Source of the DNA: Paraspadella gotoi
Lineage: Eukaryota; Animalia; Chaetognatha
Direction of reading: 5' to 3'
Length of the DNA: 64,000 bases
Assembly: GCA_051294375.1 (NCBI GenBank)
Contig: CM119265.1
Location: forward strand, 25,320,297 to 25,384,296
Position numbers and translations under genes: made by a program. The notes beneath the pieces are model-generated. The model was not told where the DNA came from. It searched no databases and was given only the letters and a program-made list of their open reading frames with translations. Of the stretch, positions 38,671-52,444 are shown piece after piece; position 1 is the stretch's first letter; each line of letters starts with the position of its first letter.

Positions 38671-40760
38671 CGGCGCTGTGAGGGAAATGTAGAAATTGTG
38701 AAAGAAGTCGAATTAAAAAAAAATTCAAATCAATCTAATCAATCATGTAAATCAATTTAAAACAATTTATTCGATTTAATCAATCAATTTATTAAACGAT
38801 CAATCAAAACTATAAATCAGACTGTCAGATNNNNNNNNNNNNNNNNNNNNNNNNNNNNNNNNNNNNNNNNNNNNNNNNNNNNNNNNNNNNNNNNNNNNNN
38901 NNNNNNNNNNNNNNNNNNNNNNNNNNNNNNNNNNNNNNNNNNNNNNNNNNNNNNNNNNNNNNNNNNNNNNNNNNNNNNNNNNNNNNNNNNNNNNNNNNNN
39001 NNNNNNNNNNNNNNNNNNNNNNNNNNNNNNNNNNNNNNNNNNNNNNNNNNNNNNNNNNNNNNNNNNNNNNNNNNNNNNNNNNNNNNNNNNNNNNNNNNNN
39101 TCAATATATCAATCAATCTATCTATCTATCTTTCTATCTATCCTCCCTTTACTTGTCTCGTCGTGTTCCACTCTTAATTCTGCCCTTGCCCGATCTGTGA
39201 CCGCAAAGGACGCGCTTGTTGGAAATGCTCGTCCGGGGATGATGATGATGATGATGTTGAAGATGATGACGCATGCGATAGAGAGAAGTACGAGGATTCC
39301 GAAGAAAAGGTGATATCGTTGGGGCGGTGCGAACTTCGTCTTTGGCTCCGTGGAACCGAGATCTGGGTGGAATATATGGGTTGAAGAGATGGAGCAGCAA
39401 TTTTGACATTCTTTATTTAAGATATATCTCCTAAAAGAAATAAAGAATGAACATAATTATTATTTATTATTTATTATTTATTAATTATTATTCATTAATT
39501 ATCAATTAACATACCCTCGCGAACTAAATCCATTATTTTTCCATTGCTTTAAAGTTTGGGTTAAAATTTTTACAAAGCAGGAGAAGGAACAAGGGATTTC
39601 TTTGATTGAAATGCACGAAGCGCAAGTTTTGAAATTAGTCTTAATTGAGTTGAGGAAGTTGCTCATTAGGGAAAGTAAATTTCTTTCGCTCGAGAATGAA
39701 AGCGGAGAAGTTTTACTTTTTCGTTCTTTTATCGTTGAAAAATCTCAATACCTTTTTCAAAATGTATTCGTGCGTGGTAAAAAACTTATCTCGAACCCTT
39801 GTTGTCTCAGCATATGTTCAACCAACAAAATAAGCTAAAATTGTAGTAAGCTGACGCACAACTATCATTTTAAATATCAGAAATATAATAATAATAGTTT
39901 GAAAGATGGAAATTACACAAAAAGATGGCTTTTTTGCTCCGCTTTTAAACAATTTATATTTTCTATTAAGCAAACAAACAAAAACTGCCTTTTTCCCTTA
40001 ATTAAAAGTGCACTTTTTTTTCAACTGACAACTTTTTAACTTGTATTTCTAACCTTTTGTTTTTGTTTTTACTTTTGTAGGCGGCGCTGCGAGTTTGTTT
40101 GTTTTTTTGTTTCGGCTTCGCCTGGATTAAGCGACGCGTGATTCCTGTGACTTTTTTTTCTTCTTCGGTGAAAGAGAGAAATCTTTTGTGATTCGAGGAT
40201 TTGATTTCATCANNNNNNNNNNNNNNNNNNNNNNNNNNNNNNNNNNNNNNNNNNNNNNNNNNNNNNNNNNNNNNNNNNNNNNNNNNNNNNNNNNNNNNNN
40301 NNNNNNNNNNNNNNNNNNNNNNNNNNNNNNNNNNNNNNNNNNNNNNNNNNNNNNNNNNNNNNNNNNNNNNNNNNNNNNNNNNNNNNGAAAAGATTTGAAA
40401 AGTTGGATGCACAGATGGAATAAAGAGGCATGAATGAAGTATGAGGTATGAATGAATGAATGAATGAATGAATGAATGAATGAATGAATGAATGAATGAA
40501 TGAATAAATGAATGAATGAATGACTGAATGAATGAAGTATGAGAAGGGCGAAGGAAACGTTAACTACCAGGACGACGATTGGCCTGACCCAAAGCCTTAC
40601 CCACGGAAAAACGAAGGTGAGGTCGACGACAACGAATAGAATTATTGACACGATGATAATGATGAAGATTATATTGACAAGTAGGAAAAATAACAATGAT
40701 AAAGATTAGATGACTACGACTGAAAACGATGACGACGACGAAGACGATGACGAAGACAAC

Positions 40761-40798
<38 letters not shown>

Positions 40799-41928
40799 GT
40801 CTCTTTCTCTCTCCTTCGCCCCATTTAATCCCCTATTTTTTCGTTCGGGTCTCAACGAATTCCGTTACTTCTAATTAAACTCCTTCGCTCCTCGTCTCTT
40901 CCCTTTTTTCCTTTTTGTTTTTCTTTTCTAATCTCATTCCTTTTTCTTTTCTATTCTCATTCCTTTTTCTTTTCAATTCTCATTCCTTTTCCTTTTCAAT
41001 TCTCATTCCTTCTTTTTGGTTGTTTTTTTTCATTGTTCCTTCTTTTTTCTTTTGTTAATTTTTTTTTTACTTTTTCTTATTTCTTTTTTCCACGTTACAA
41101 CAACTAAAGAAATTTTCTTCTTTTCTTTTTTTTTCTTTTCTTTTGTTCCTTCTCTTTTCTTTTTTNNNNNNNNNNNNNNNNNNNNNNNNNNNNNNNNNNN
41201 NNNNNNNNNNNNNNNNNNNNNNNNNNNNNNNNNNNNNNNNNNNNNNNNNNNNNNNNNNNNNNNNNNNNNNNNNNNNNNNNNNNNNNNNNNNNNNNNNNNN
41301 NNNNNNNNNNNNNNNNNNNNNNNNNNNNNNNNNNNNNNNNNNTCATGTGTTTCTTGGTGTCTTATTTTTATCCTTAAATATAAACATATTTATTCTCATC
41401 ATCCCTTTTCTCCTTCTTATATATATTTTGTTTCCTTCTTCTTCTACTTCTTCTTCTTCTTCTTCCTCCTCAGAAAAACTCATTTCTCATTTATCCTTTT
41501 AATGAAAATCTGCTTGTGCCAACAGCCGATGAGAACAAATTGATGTAACGAGATACCACTACTTGTAAATTACCTTTTTTTTTACAATCCGTTCATTTAC
41601 GATCTTATTTTCCCGTTCGTGTTTAGCGTTAGTTTTGTCTTCGTATTTTAAATCTTTCAATCTATGGAACACTTTAACTTTATTCTGATTATCAATATTT
41701 AGTAACATGTAAATCCATCAATATAATTACGTTTGCTTTGAATTTTGTTTAACGAATAAGAAACAATCACATACTAAATCACATTCATTGACATTAGCAT
41801 CATGACCAAACTAATGACACCATAAGTGGTACCACTTATTATTATTATTAGTACCAAAATAGACATATTAATTGATGTGATTTCCATACAAAGTTGATTG
41901 AAGACAGACTTGTCTCAGAAATCAACAG

Positions 41929-42186
41929 AATTCAACAACGACGACAACAACAACAACAACTGCTCTGAGTACGACGGTGACGCCAATCGGACTATCGGCA
42001 ATGACGAGGATATTACGCGGGCCAAATCCTTGCAGTTTAAACTTAAGCCCGTTCAAACTGCGCCTTTTTGGACGGCGTAATACTTGGCCTTTGCCGGTAA
42101 CGACGTTCACCAACCTTTTCAACGTCAAGAATCCAAAATGCGTCATCGACTTTGGTCTCGTTTCTGCCTCCATTGAAAATTTTTAA
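41929..42186 (+). CDS. Possible terminal coding exon (one frameshift); duplicate at ~35949-36241
   Basis: CAG acceptor in phase 1; EFNNDD..KSLQFKLKPVQTAP/FGRRNTWPLPVTTFTNLFNVKNPKCVIDFGLVSASIENF*. Confidence 0.35.
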   Translation, partial: NSTTTTTTTTTALSTTVTPIGLSAMTRILRGPNPCSLNLSPFKLRLFGRRNTWPLPVTTFTNLFNVKNPKCVIDFGLVSASIENF

Positions 42187-42240
42187 AGCGGCCTTGAATT
42201 TTGGGTTTTCGGTCTTGTTGAAGTTAATAAAAAGAGAGGC

Positions 42241-42298
<58 letters not shown>

Positions 42299-42488
42299 AT
42301 TTTCCCAACTTCTGAGAGAAATTCCCATGCTAGAATCGATGGAGGGAGAAAAATCCTTGATTAACTTTGAGTCCCTTAAATTAATCTCCTTCCGGTTTTT
42401 TTTTCATTTTTGAATCGAAGAGAAACTTGACTTCGATGATGCGATGGAACACAAGGAAACCAGTGCTAAACGGTTCTGAGGTAGTACT

Positions 42489-42675
42489 GTAGTCGGGCAT
42501 TGCATAAGATCTCCCTGACGTCGTGACCCGGTGGTTCATTGACCACTAGGTATCGGGAACAATCCCAGCCCGGTACCAACCCTACTGGAAACGTGAGGAC
42601 GGCCATTTAATCCGCCTTGGGGGGCGTGGAAAACCCTCAAGCCTGATTTCAATCCCTGGACACGTTTCATGTCAC
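42489..42675 (+). mobile_element. Repeat family A, uninterrupted copy
   Basis: TGTAGTCGGGC..GTGACCCGGTGGTTCATTG..GACCACTAGGTATCGGGAACAATCCC..GAGGACGGCC..CCGCCTTGGGGGGCGTGGAAAACCCTCAAG. Confidence 0.7.
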
Positions 42676-43005
42676 TTAAAAATGCCGAGAATTCGCTTTT
42701 TTAAACATCAATAATTGGAAAAGTATTTTTTGGATTTTTAAAAATAAAGTATGTGAAATGAAGTATTTTTTCCGCTCTTTAAGTTGACGCAGGTTAAATT
42801 TGATTCCAACTGATATTTTTTAAGATATTTATCATTTTTTATGAAAAAAACCGTTTTTTTGCAAATTTTGAAGAGTTGCAAGCACTTATTGATCGATTTT
42901 TCAAAAAACAAAGATGGGAAAAAATTAGTAGCATATAGGGGACTAATTTGTACTATAGTGCTAAATTCTGTAAAAAAGTTTCAAAAATTTGCTAATGCCT
43001 ACTGC
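42668..43005. repeat. AT-rich transposon-derived segment present in inverted orientation at ~46270-46610
   Basis: Near-identical reverse complement over ~340 bp. Confidence 0.75.
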
Positions 43006-44321
43006 AGAGGGGGCATAAAAGTTACGGATAGTAGTCTTCAGTACAACAGTACAACCGATATGATAATTTATTTATTCATTAAATCAATTAGCCTATTAAT
43101 TTTAAAGGCTATTGTCTTTTAAGGCCTCTTACATCCATCTGACATAGCAGAACCATACAATTATGTCATCTTTATAATAAATAATAATAAATAATCTTTA
43201 TACTAAATAAAGCTCATGGTTGTGTTTTAACAGCATTCAAATTCAAATTTTTTTACCGCGGAGAAAAACACTAAGACGAATGAAGGGACCCGCGGATCCA
43301 AACTATTTTTGAGCAAGGATTCCATTTCCCGGGAAACTCACATTAAAGACGAAAGAAATTCCTGAGGACGTTAGGACGAAATGAGGCGAAGACGACGGCG
43401 AAGACGACGGCGAAGATGACGGCGAAGATGACGACGAAATGACGGAGAAGTACGAACGAAGAGTAGTGATAAATGACGGTAAGAAGACGACGAAAACTAC
43501 AGAGAAAACAGGGACGNNNNNNNNNNNNNNNNNNNNNNNNNNNNNNNNNNNNNNNNNNNNNNNNNNNNNNNNNNNNNNNNNNNNNNNNNNNNNNNNNNNN
43601 NNNNNNNNNNNNNNNNNNNNNNNNNNNNNNNNNNNNNNNNNNNNNNNNNNNNNNNNNNNNNNNNNNNNNNNNNNNNNNNNNNNNNNNNNNNNNNNNNNNN
43701 NAAGACGACGAAAACGACGAAAACGACGAAAACGACAGGGCCCATCTTAGGAGGAACCAACATTTCTGGAAATGGAAAAAAAAATTAACTAAAATTACAA
43801 AATTAATTGCGAAAAATTTAGAATCCGGAGAAAATTACATTCGCTGCCAACTGAAGTAATACAATTCTGAAATACGAAGTGAAAAAAATGAATGTAACGT
43901 CTAATAATTAATTGCCATACCGTGTAATCAATGCAAGATAACAATCTTGCATTGATCTCTTATCAAAACATCCTAAGAATACACAAACAACAAATTACAT
44001 CCACAACACAACCATAACTTAGGAAATACAACACAACACCGCGCAATACCATCTAAATAACTCTGTAGTGGCATCTTATTAGCTGTGCTACGGACTTAAA
44101 CGCAGACAGCTTTCCCGCTATATTAATATTATGAAAATACTTTATTTTAATCCTTGACTTAAAAAAATACATGAATATTTTTTTTTTATATTTTACTTAA
44201 GAGAATCTCATCTTATCAACGCTTCTTGGAAAATTCTCACCTAAGAATTCTCGTAAAAACCCTAGAACGAAATTTCCATATAAGGTGCGTTTTCTTTGCG
44301 GGATGAGCGAGAGAGCGAGAG

Positions 44322-44373
<52 letters not shown>

Positions 44374-44907
44374 CGAGAGAGCGAGAGAGCGAGAGAGAGA
44401 CATATCATCATTTCAACGGAAATCATCTCTCCGCCGCCATTGAAGTAGGTTTCCTTAGCAGGGTGAAAAAGTGAAGCTTCCCGGTGGCGAATATCATCAG
44501 CTAATATATTTGATATAATAGTGAATTAATTAATTTCATTTAAACAGAATTTTTGTTTACGATTGACTAATCATCACAATTAGTGGACAGGAAATGTCAT
44601 TAGATGATTAGTTGTTATTACAAAGCCGAATTGATTAATTAATTTTTAAAAGTTTTAATTTTTTAGACATTTTTTTGTCGAACCCTCATCGTATTCACGA
44701 CTTCGACGGATGTGGTTCATTTCTCTCTAACGACTCGAAGCTTAGTGCAGCCGACGACGATGACGACGACGATGACGATGACGGTGACGGTGACGACATT
44801 GGCGATGACGACGACAACGATTACCAAAATGTGGATGATGATGATGACGACGACGATGATAACGACGCAGACGCCAGGGACGATGATGACGAATACGAAT
44901 ATTAAAT

Positions 44908-45380
44908 TTAAGAAAACAAGTTAGAGCAAACAATGTCGGATCTGCCCACGATCATTTACGGTATTAATTAATTAATTAATTAAATAAATATCAAGTTAAT
45001 TAATTATTTGATTAATTAATAATTAATTTATTCAAGTTATATATTTAATTATTAGGCAATTAATTATTTAATTTGATCTAAAATGTTTGTTTTGTTTGAT
45101 TAATTGACTGATTAATTAATTATTGATTAATCAATTGATTAATTAATTAATTATAAATAAATCAAGTTAATTAATTATTTGATTAATTAATAATGAATTT
45201 ATTCAAGTTAATTATTTAATTTATTAGGCAATTAATTATTTAATTTGATCTAAAATGTTGTTTTTGTTTGATTAATTGACTGATAATTAATAATTATTGA
45301 TTAATCAATTGATTAATTAATTATTGATTATCAATTGACTAATTGATTAATTAACTGATTAATGTTTGATTAATTAATAC
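44908..45380 (-). mobile_element. 3' part of HINE family 1 element
   Basis: ACAAGTTAGAGCAAACAATGTCGGATCTGCC is the reverse complement of the 3' end at 50104-50134, followed by the same (TTAA/TTGA)-rich body; continues at ~46080-46270. Confidence 0.7.
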
Positions 45381-45382
45381 AT

Positions 45383-45850
45383 TGTGGACGAACATATAGA
45401 ACATGCAACCTCGGTCAAACCACTTACCTTAACAACTTGACCCGCTCGTCTCCCCAGTTTATTTGTGGTCAAAACGTTGACCTTTGTAATACCATTGTAA
45501 TAGACTTAGCATCGGAGCATTTTTGACTGTATTGTTTATAACCTTGTTGAAGAATAAATCATTCTTGATCTGAAACTTGTGTCCGTCCATAATGTGTGAG
45601 CCGACTCTCGAACACGCAACCGCTGCGCACCGTGCGCCCACGCTTACGTCGCTTAGGGTATGCATATCACGCCTATGCCCTACTTCTCTGGTACGCTCCA
45701 GACTCGCTCCGCTCGCTCGCCCGCTCGCTCTCACTATGGCAATGAGATCAAAACCTTCTCTCAGACATCTCCTCAGGATTGAGGCCCCTGTGGAGAAGTC
45801 TGGTGGGGGGATCCTGTGGCAGCAAGACTTAAAGCTGCCTCACTGCTGTC
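45383..45850. mobile_element. GC-rich LTR-like fragment
   Basis: Minus strand has TATAAA, AATAAA and a ..CCACA end; no TSD or second copy found. Confidence 0.3.
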
Positions 45851-45854
45851 CGTC

Positions 45855-46067
45855 CTCAGTCGTCTCTAAGGCTGAGCAGGCTAAATCATCTCATTCCATC
45901 CGTGCGTCCCGGGTTCATCCTGGGTATCCCGTTCTGGCTTAAATGTGACGGTGCCGGTTATAACTGCCAGTGACAGGAGGCGGTCACTGAGGGTCCCGCA
46001 GCCCCTACGCCAGTTGGTGAGATACCCGCGCCCCGGGTATCACAGGCTATCCTCCGTTGCCATAACA
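45855..46067 (+). mobile_element. tRNA-derived SINE family C, copy 2
   Basis: Head AGGCTGAGCAGG (A-box-like) and CCGGGTTCATCC (B-box-like); body homologous to 20836-21041. Confidence 0.7.
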
Positions 46068-47172
46068 TCTTGCATTTACATTTAAAAGAAAAAGAAAATT
46101 TAATCACACACTTTTCTACCCAAATACAAAATTTCAAGTCAATCGCCCCATCCACTCATGAGTAATTGGTGTTCAATTGTATAAATATATTTTTTCCCAT
46201 TTAAACTCATTTCCACTCGGACGATTACAATCGAAACTTATATCCAGCTCAATCACACATTTCCCTACCCACTAGGCCTATGCAAATTTTTCAAACTTTT
46301 TTACAGAATTTAGCACTATAGTACAAATTAGTCCCCTATATGCTACTAATTTTTTCCCATCTTTGTTTTTTGAATCGATCAATCGATCAATAATATGCTT
46401 GCAAACTCTTCAAAATTTGCAAAAAAACGGTTTTTTTCATTAAAATGATAGATATCTTAAAAAATATCAGTCGGAATCAAATTTAACCTGCGTCAACTTA
46501 AAGAGCGGAAAAAATACTTCATTTTACATACTTATTTTTAAAAATCCAAAAAATACTTTTCCCATTATTGATGTTAAAAAAAGCGAATTCTCGGAATTTT
46601 TAAGTGACATTTTTGTTTTTCCCTTTATAACTTTGAAAATAATGTAAAATATTTATAAAACAGACTAATACTACAGAGTAAACTTTGGGCTTTCTATTGG
46701 CGTAAATAGGTATTAGTTTCTTAATTTTGTTCAGCAGCTATGAATTGTTAAATCTTAAAAAAAATTGAAATAATATTTATTTTATTATTTTTGTGTGCGT
46801 GCTTACAATTTGAATGTTTATACATCTATCATTATCTACAAAACATAAGCTTTAATTTGAGACCTCTCCCAAGTTTTTACGATTTTTCGTTATTGAATTA
46901 TACATAAAAATTAGATAATTTTTTTTAATAAAATATTAATAAATTAGTACTTTAAAACGGATTATTTCTTAAACATAAAGATACAAAAATGTAGGTCTAC
47001 TTATAAAGCCTTAAAACAAATTTCTAAAAAATAAAAAAAATAAAAAATTATAATAAAAAATAAATAAAACAGATTATTAATTTTTTTTATATAAAAAACA
47101 GTATGTAATATTTAATTGAAATTTTATCTGTTATTAGTTATTTATTTATGAGTTATTATTTATTATTTATGA

Positions 47173-47347
47173 GTTAGTGGCAGAACCGTTCAATATAAGC
47201 AGTCCCTGAGCTTCAGCTCAGGCTGTAACACCGTGCTACAGGTGGGTTAAGCGCACCGCCCCTCTTTACTGGAAGGCGACCACCGGGCTAGAACGCCAGA
47301 CCCTTGGGTTGGGAAGCGAATGACTTGCCTTCTACACCAATGGCCGC
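47173..47347 (-). mobile_element. tRNA-derived SINE family B, copy 2
   Basis: Minus strand GCGGCCATTGGTGTAGAAGG..TTCCCAA..GCGTTCTAGCCCGGTGGTCGCC (tRNA-Gly(CCC)-like), collinear with 6735-6909. Confidence 0.8.
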
Positions 47348-47676
47348 TTATGAACGGTTGGTGGATTTTAGAGCACCATACAATCCTAGGACCAAGGCGC
47401 TACTCAACAAATGCCTTAAATAAAATAAATCGTTGATTTAATTTCAATCAAGTAATTTTTGATAGATTTTGAACGTTTTCTTCATGACATTTTACGTCAA
47501 TGATGTTTCCGGAGCCAGAGCTGAAGACGGCTGATTCGCTCCAGAGCATGAAAAGTCTCTCACAGGACAACCACTCAGCTAGAAAAAAATGTAGAAAAAA
47601 ATTGTGACCTCACATTGGCTAAGAGCGACTGATGAAGACTGAAAAAAGTCAAAATATGTGGCAAAATATTTTTAAT

Positions 47677-48548
47677 TTTTTTAGTCGGATCTGCTTATCA
47701 GCAGATCGCCGACGCTATAATTCACTTTGTCGGTCCGTCGGTCCGCCCCCTCAATATTGTCGGGCACTAACTTATATCATGTCAGAACATCGAATTATGA
47801 TAAATTATGCAAAAAAATTTATGTCCGTCCGTCCGTCCGTCCGTTCGTTCCGTCCGTCTCGTCCGTCCGTCTCACCTTAGCAAAAAACACCAATTACCGT
47901 GATTGGATGATGGATTGGAATGAAATTTTGTGTGTGGGTAGGGAAGTGTGTTGATTGAGATGTATATGAATTTCGAGGGAATCGTCCGAGTGGAAATGGG
48001 TTTAAATGGAAAAAACAAAAAAATATAATTCACTATTTGAACACCAATTGCTCATGAGTGGATGGGCGATTGGCCTGGAATTTTAATTGTGGGTAGGAAA
48101 GTTTGTGTGAGAACAGGAAATCAAGTTTCGATGGAATCGTTTGAGTGGAAATGAGTTTAAAGGAAAGAAAAAAAAACCTGTTTCATAATTGATATGCTTC
48201 TTTTCCTTTTATATTAAATGTATATGCAGGATGTATTAATAAATCAAATAATTAATCAGTTATAATTCAATTAGTCAATTAATTAATCAATAATTCATTA
48301 ATCAGCTAGATATAAAGTTTTGACGGAATTGTGCCAGTGGAAATGAGTTTAAATGGAAAAACATAAGTCACTTGAATCTTTATGATTTATGATTACTAAT
48401 AAAAGTTTTAATTAATTAATTAATTAATTAATGTGGAAAAATGTTGCAATTTAAAAAAATTATGCAAGTTGAAAAAATGATGCAAGTTGAAAAAATGATG
48501 CAAGTTAAAAAAATCTTAAAAGCATAAGGATTGTCGCAATTGCATAAT

Positions 48549-48587
<39 letters not shown>

Positions 48588-49868
48588 GAGAGAGAGAGAG
48601 AGAGATGAGAGAGATCGTTTTCGGACGAATCAGCAGCGGCAGCAGCAGAGGCAGCCAGAAAAAAAGAAAGAAATCAAAAAGGCAGCAGCAGAAAGCAGCG
48701 AGAAAAGAGAGAAAAAGAAAGAGCCCCTGCAGAGCCTTCTGCAGACTCGGTTTTTTCCCGATGAATCAGCACTGGGGAAAAGAGAGAGAGATAGCTACAT
48801 ATAATTAAAAGAGAAAAATCAGTTAATTAATCAATATTAATTAATCAGTCAATTTATCAATCAATTAATTATTCAATCAATCAATTATTTATCTATTAAT
48901 ATAATTATTCAATCAATCAATTCATTTATCTATTTTAAATTATTCAATCAATCAATCAAGTCAATCATTATCGGCATTATTCTCATCGTCGTCATTGCTT
49001 TGTTCATGGTTAGTGACGAAAATACCTAAAACAAACATTTCGAATCAAATTAATTAACTAATTGCCTAATTATTGCTCATGAGTGGATGGGGCAATTGAC
49101 CTGGAATTTTGTATGTGGGTAGGAAAGTGTGTGATTGAACAGGAAAACAAGTTTCGATGGAATCGTTTGAGTGGAAATGAGTTTAAATGGAAAAAACAAA
49201 ACCTGTTTCACTAATTGATTATGCTTCTTTTTCCTTTTATATTAAATGTATATGCAGGAAGTATTAATAAATCAAATAATAAATCAGTTTTTAATAAATT
49301 AGTCAATTAATCAATAATTAATTAATCAGTCCAATTAATCCGTCCATCCGTCCCACTTTTAAGCAAAAAGCTCCAATAACTTGTTGATTGGCTGGGTTGA
49401 ATTGGAATGATAATTTTTTGTGTGGGTAGGAAAAATGTGTGACGAAGCTTGATATGAAAGTTTCGGTGGAAACGTACGAGTGGAAATGAGTTTATAATGA
49501 AAAAATATGAGTCACATTTGACTTGAAGTCTTTTTATTTATTTTAAACCACCCATGGATAGATTGAGATGAAATTTTGTGAGCCGGTAGGAATAGTGTGA
49601 GTGAAGCCGATATAAGCTTTTAACGATTAAGTAAAAGTTTATGGAAAACATAAGTCAGTACGAATCATATTAGTCTATAAGTTTAATAATAATAAAGTAA
49701 AAAAATTGAAAAAATAGCAAGTTGAAAAATATCATTGAATGATGATTAAAAACGAAGAAATCAGTAATGTATTGAAAATATGATGATGAAATGCAAGTTG
49801 AAAAAATATGCAAACTGAAATTATGCAATAGAAAATGATCAAGTTCTAGCTCGGCAATGCATAAAAAG

Positions 49869-49920
<52 letters not shown>

Positions 49921-50134
49921 CATAAAATAAAATATAATTAATTAATTAATTAATTAAAAATTAATTAATTAATAAATTAATAATAATTATTTATTAATAA
50001 TTAATAATTATATAATTAATTAATTAAAAATTAATTAATTAATTAATAAATTAATAATAATTAAAAAAATTAATAATTAATTAATTAATTAATTAATTAA
50101 TTAGGCAGATCCGACATTGTTTGCTCAAACTTGT
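47677..50134 (+). mobile_element. Full-length Helentron-associated interspersed element (HINE/DINE-1-like), family 1
   Basis: T run, subterminal IR GTCGGATCTGC (47684-47694) with a 5' hairpin, (GTCC)n microsatellite, internal tandem repeats, matching GCAGATCCGAC (50105-50115), short GTTTG/CAAAC hairpin, ends in a T run. Confidence 0.85.
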
Positions 50135-50346
50135 TTTCTTATGCACTGATACTCCAGAGTGAAAATAAGTATTTAATTAAACATTTTACTAGAGCATTTG
50201 ATGACATTAAAGCAAGTTTCTTACATGCATTTGTCCCCTCCCCAAAAATGTAAGCAATGCAGAAATCGGCAACAGCGTCTGTATTTGCAATGAAGGGGAA
50301 CTTTTTTTTATCTAAAATATTTAATATTAATGAACAGTTATTCTGA

Positions 50347-50545
50347 TTTTTATAGAGCCAGACGGCGAAGCCCGTCTTGGCTTGATAATAATTCAGAATG
50401 GTTTCTTTGTGACGTCGTCATCGTTGTCGTCGGCATCACGCTTTTTATCAAGCCATGACCGGCGAAGCCGGTTCAGGCTTGATTTTGATTCGGGTGAGCT
50501 TCTTTGTGACGTCGTCGTCGTCGTCGTCGTCGTCTGTCACGCTGT
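50347..50545 (+). mobile_element. Two tandem HINE-like 5' ends, family 3
   Basis: TTTTAT..AGCC..GGCGAAGCC..GGCTTGAT hairpin followed by TTCTTTGTGACGTCGTC.. (GTC)n, present twice. Confidence 0.55.
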
Positions 50546-52444
50546 TTTTATATAAAAACTACTACGCTTTTATAGGTTTGGCTGTGACTTACCGTTTTTT
50601 TTTAAATAAAAATTATTATGAATTATGAGAAGTTTTACAAAAGTGTGCATTCATAGTAAGTTAAAAATTTAGATATGGCTTCTCATCTTGAAATAGCTTT
50701 GATATTTTCTTATTACATTTGGATTTAAGTATTTTTTGTTTGAATTTCTACTTCATTATGATTTACTGCAATATGAAAATGAGATTATAGTACTCATTAT
50801 AATATCCAAATTACTATATAGAAATGCTTTAGTCTAATTTACATATCACTGTAAATAATATTGAAGATTAAATTCATAAACAAATCTTTGAATAAATAAA
50901 AAACATGTGAAATCAAAAGACCTTTTTAATGAGAAGCTATATCTTAATTTTAATACAAATAAAAATAAAATCTTTTACAAGCTATGATTGGAAAAAATTG
51001 TAAAAATTTCTAATTGTAAACAATTGTAACATTTTTTTCCCTTTCTTTTATTTTTTTAAATTATATATAGATTTTTTTTGGTATTTTTGTCAGTTGCTGC
51101 ATTTTCTGAACCCTTTAAAAACGAGTTCAGACTCTGCAGTGACTGTACAGTAAGGCGGATCTCTGACGTATATTTTTTTTCAAAATCTTCTACCTCTTGG
51201 TTTTTCCTTTGCCTTTTGTTGTTTCCTTTGCTTTTACAACAGTAATTGATTAAAAAATATTCGGGATCACGCCTTTTTTTCAATTTAATTTCAATATAAA
51301 AAAATAGCTAATCGCGATCTGTGATTGGTCAATACCGGTCATGTGACCTTAAAATCTTTGTATTCTTAAGATTTTTTTAGGGTAAAAAGTTATTTAGTAG
51401 TTGTATAATGAATATTTTGCTTAAAACAATTGAAAAAGATTTTTTAACAATATTAAAGAGTAAAACAGAAAGTAAGTGTGTCAGAAACAAAGTAAAAGAA
51501 AGCCCGCTGATAGCCAAAGTGGTCAAGCAGGCATATAATACTTAAATTTTCTCTCTTAATCTTTTGCTCTTTTCTATTTCTCTTTTACTCTATAGGTCTC
51601 TCTCCCTTCTTTCTTTCGTAATCTCAAAAAATTAAATAGGTTTAATTTGAATAATGATGAAAAGCTTAAAATCAGGTGAATTGACGATAAGACATAACCC
51701 TGTCATGTTCAGAAACGACTACTTAAAAATATTAACAAGTATGGCTTTTATTGTATGCAAAACAATACGCGCGCATAAAAACGACTAAATGTTTTGAAAA
51801 CATCCACAATGCCTTGTAGTTGCTTAAAAATTTATTTTGTTTCATTTCATTAGAAAGTAAAAAGCCAGAAAAAAAGTTTTCCACTAATTTTATTATTTTA
51901 TCTCAAATTGGTAAGACAGGGCAGGATGTTAAGTTTTGTCTTGATATAGTGTCCCACCACTGTAACTTAGATAAACTCTTTTTCATAAAGAATTCTTCTA
52001 AGTCTAATTGTATATTTGCTTGAAGCTTGATTTGTATTTGAAAAGATATGACTTACTACATTCATAATTTCATTTTAAAGAGATATTAAAAATTAAAAAA
52101 AATTGTGTAACAGAAAAATAAGAATTATTTAACTTCTCTAAAAAAAATTTAGTTTTAAAAGGGGCTGCAATTCCTCAAATGTTGATGTATATTATTTAAG
52201 GGAGAAGAATTTAATAACATATTTTAAATAATAAATAATGGAGGAATCGACTTTGTGACTTTAGATTTAATAATGATGTAGACAGTGAGAAATAGAGAGA
52301 GAATAAATATTTAATGAATGACCTAAGGTCTGAGTGTTCATGAAAATGGTACAACCAATATAAAAATTATCCATTCATTTAATAAGCTATCTTGCCCCTG
52401 ACTTTGGACAGGCATGGTGAAAGGGAGAAAGAGAGAGAGTTCTA

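Larger units (their letters stand above)
36976..42447 (+). repeat. Tandem segmental duplicate, copy 2
   Basis: Matches 29825-36950; N blocks replace low-complexity tracts. Confidence 0.9.

Noticed and set aside
37562-41543. ORFs containing long X runs
   Set aside because: They read through N gaps.
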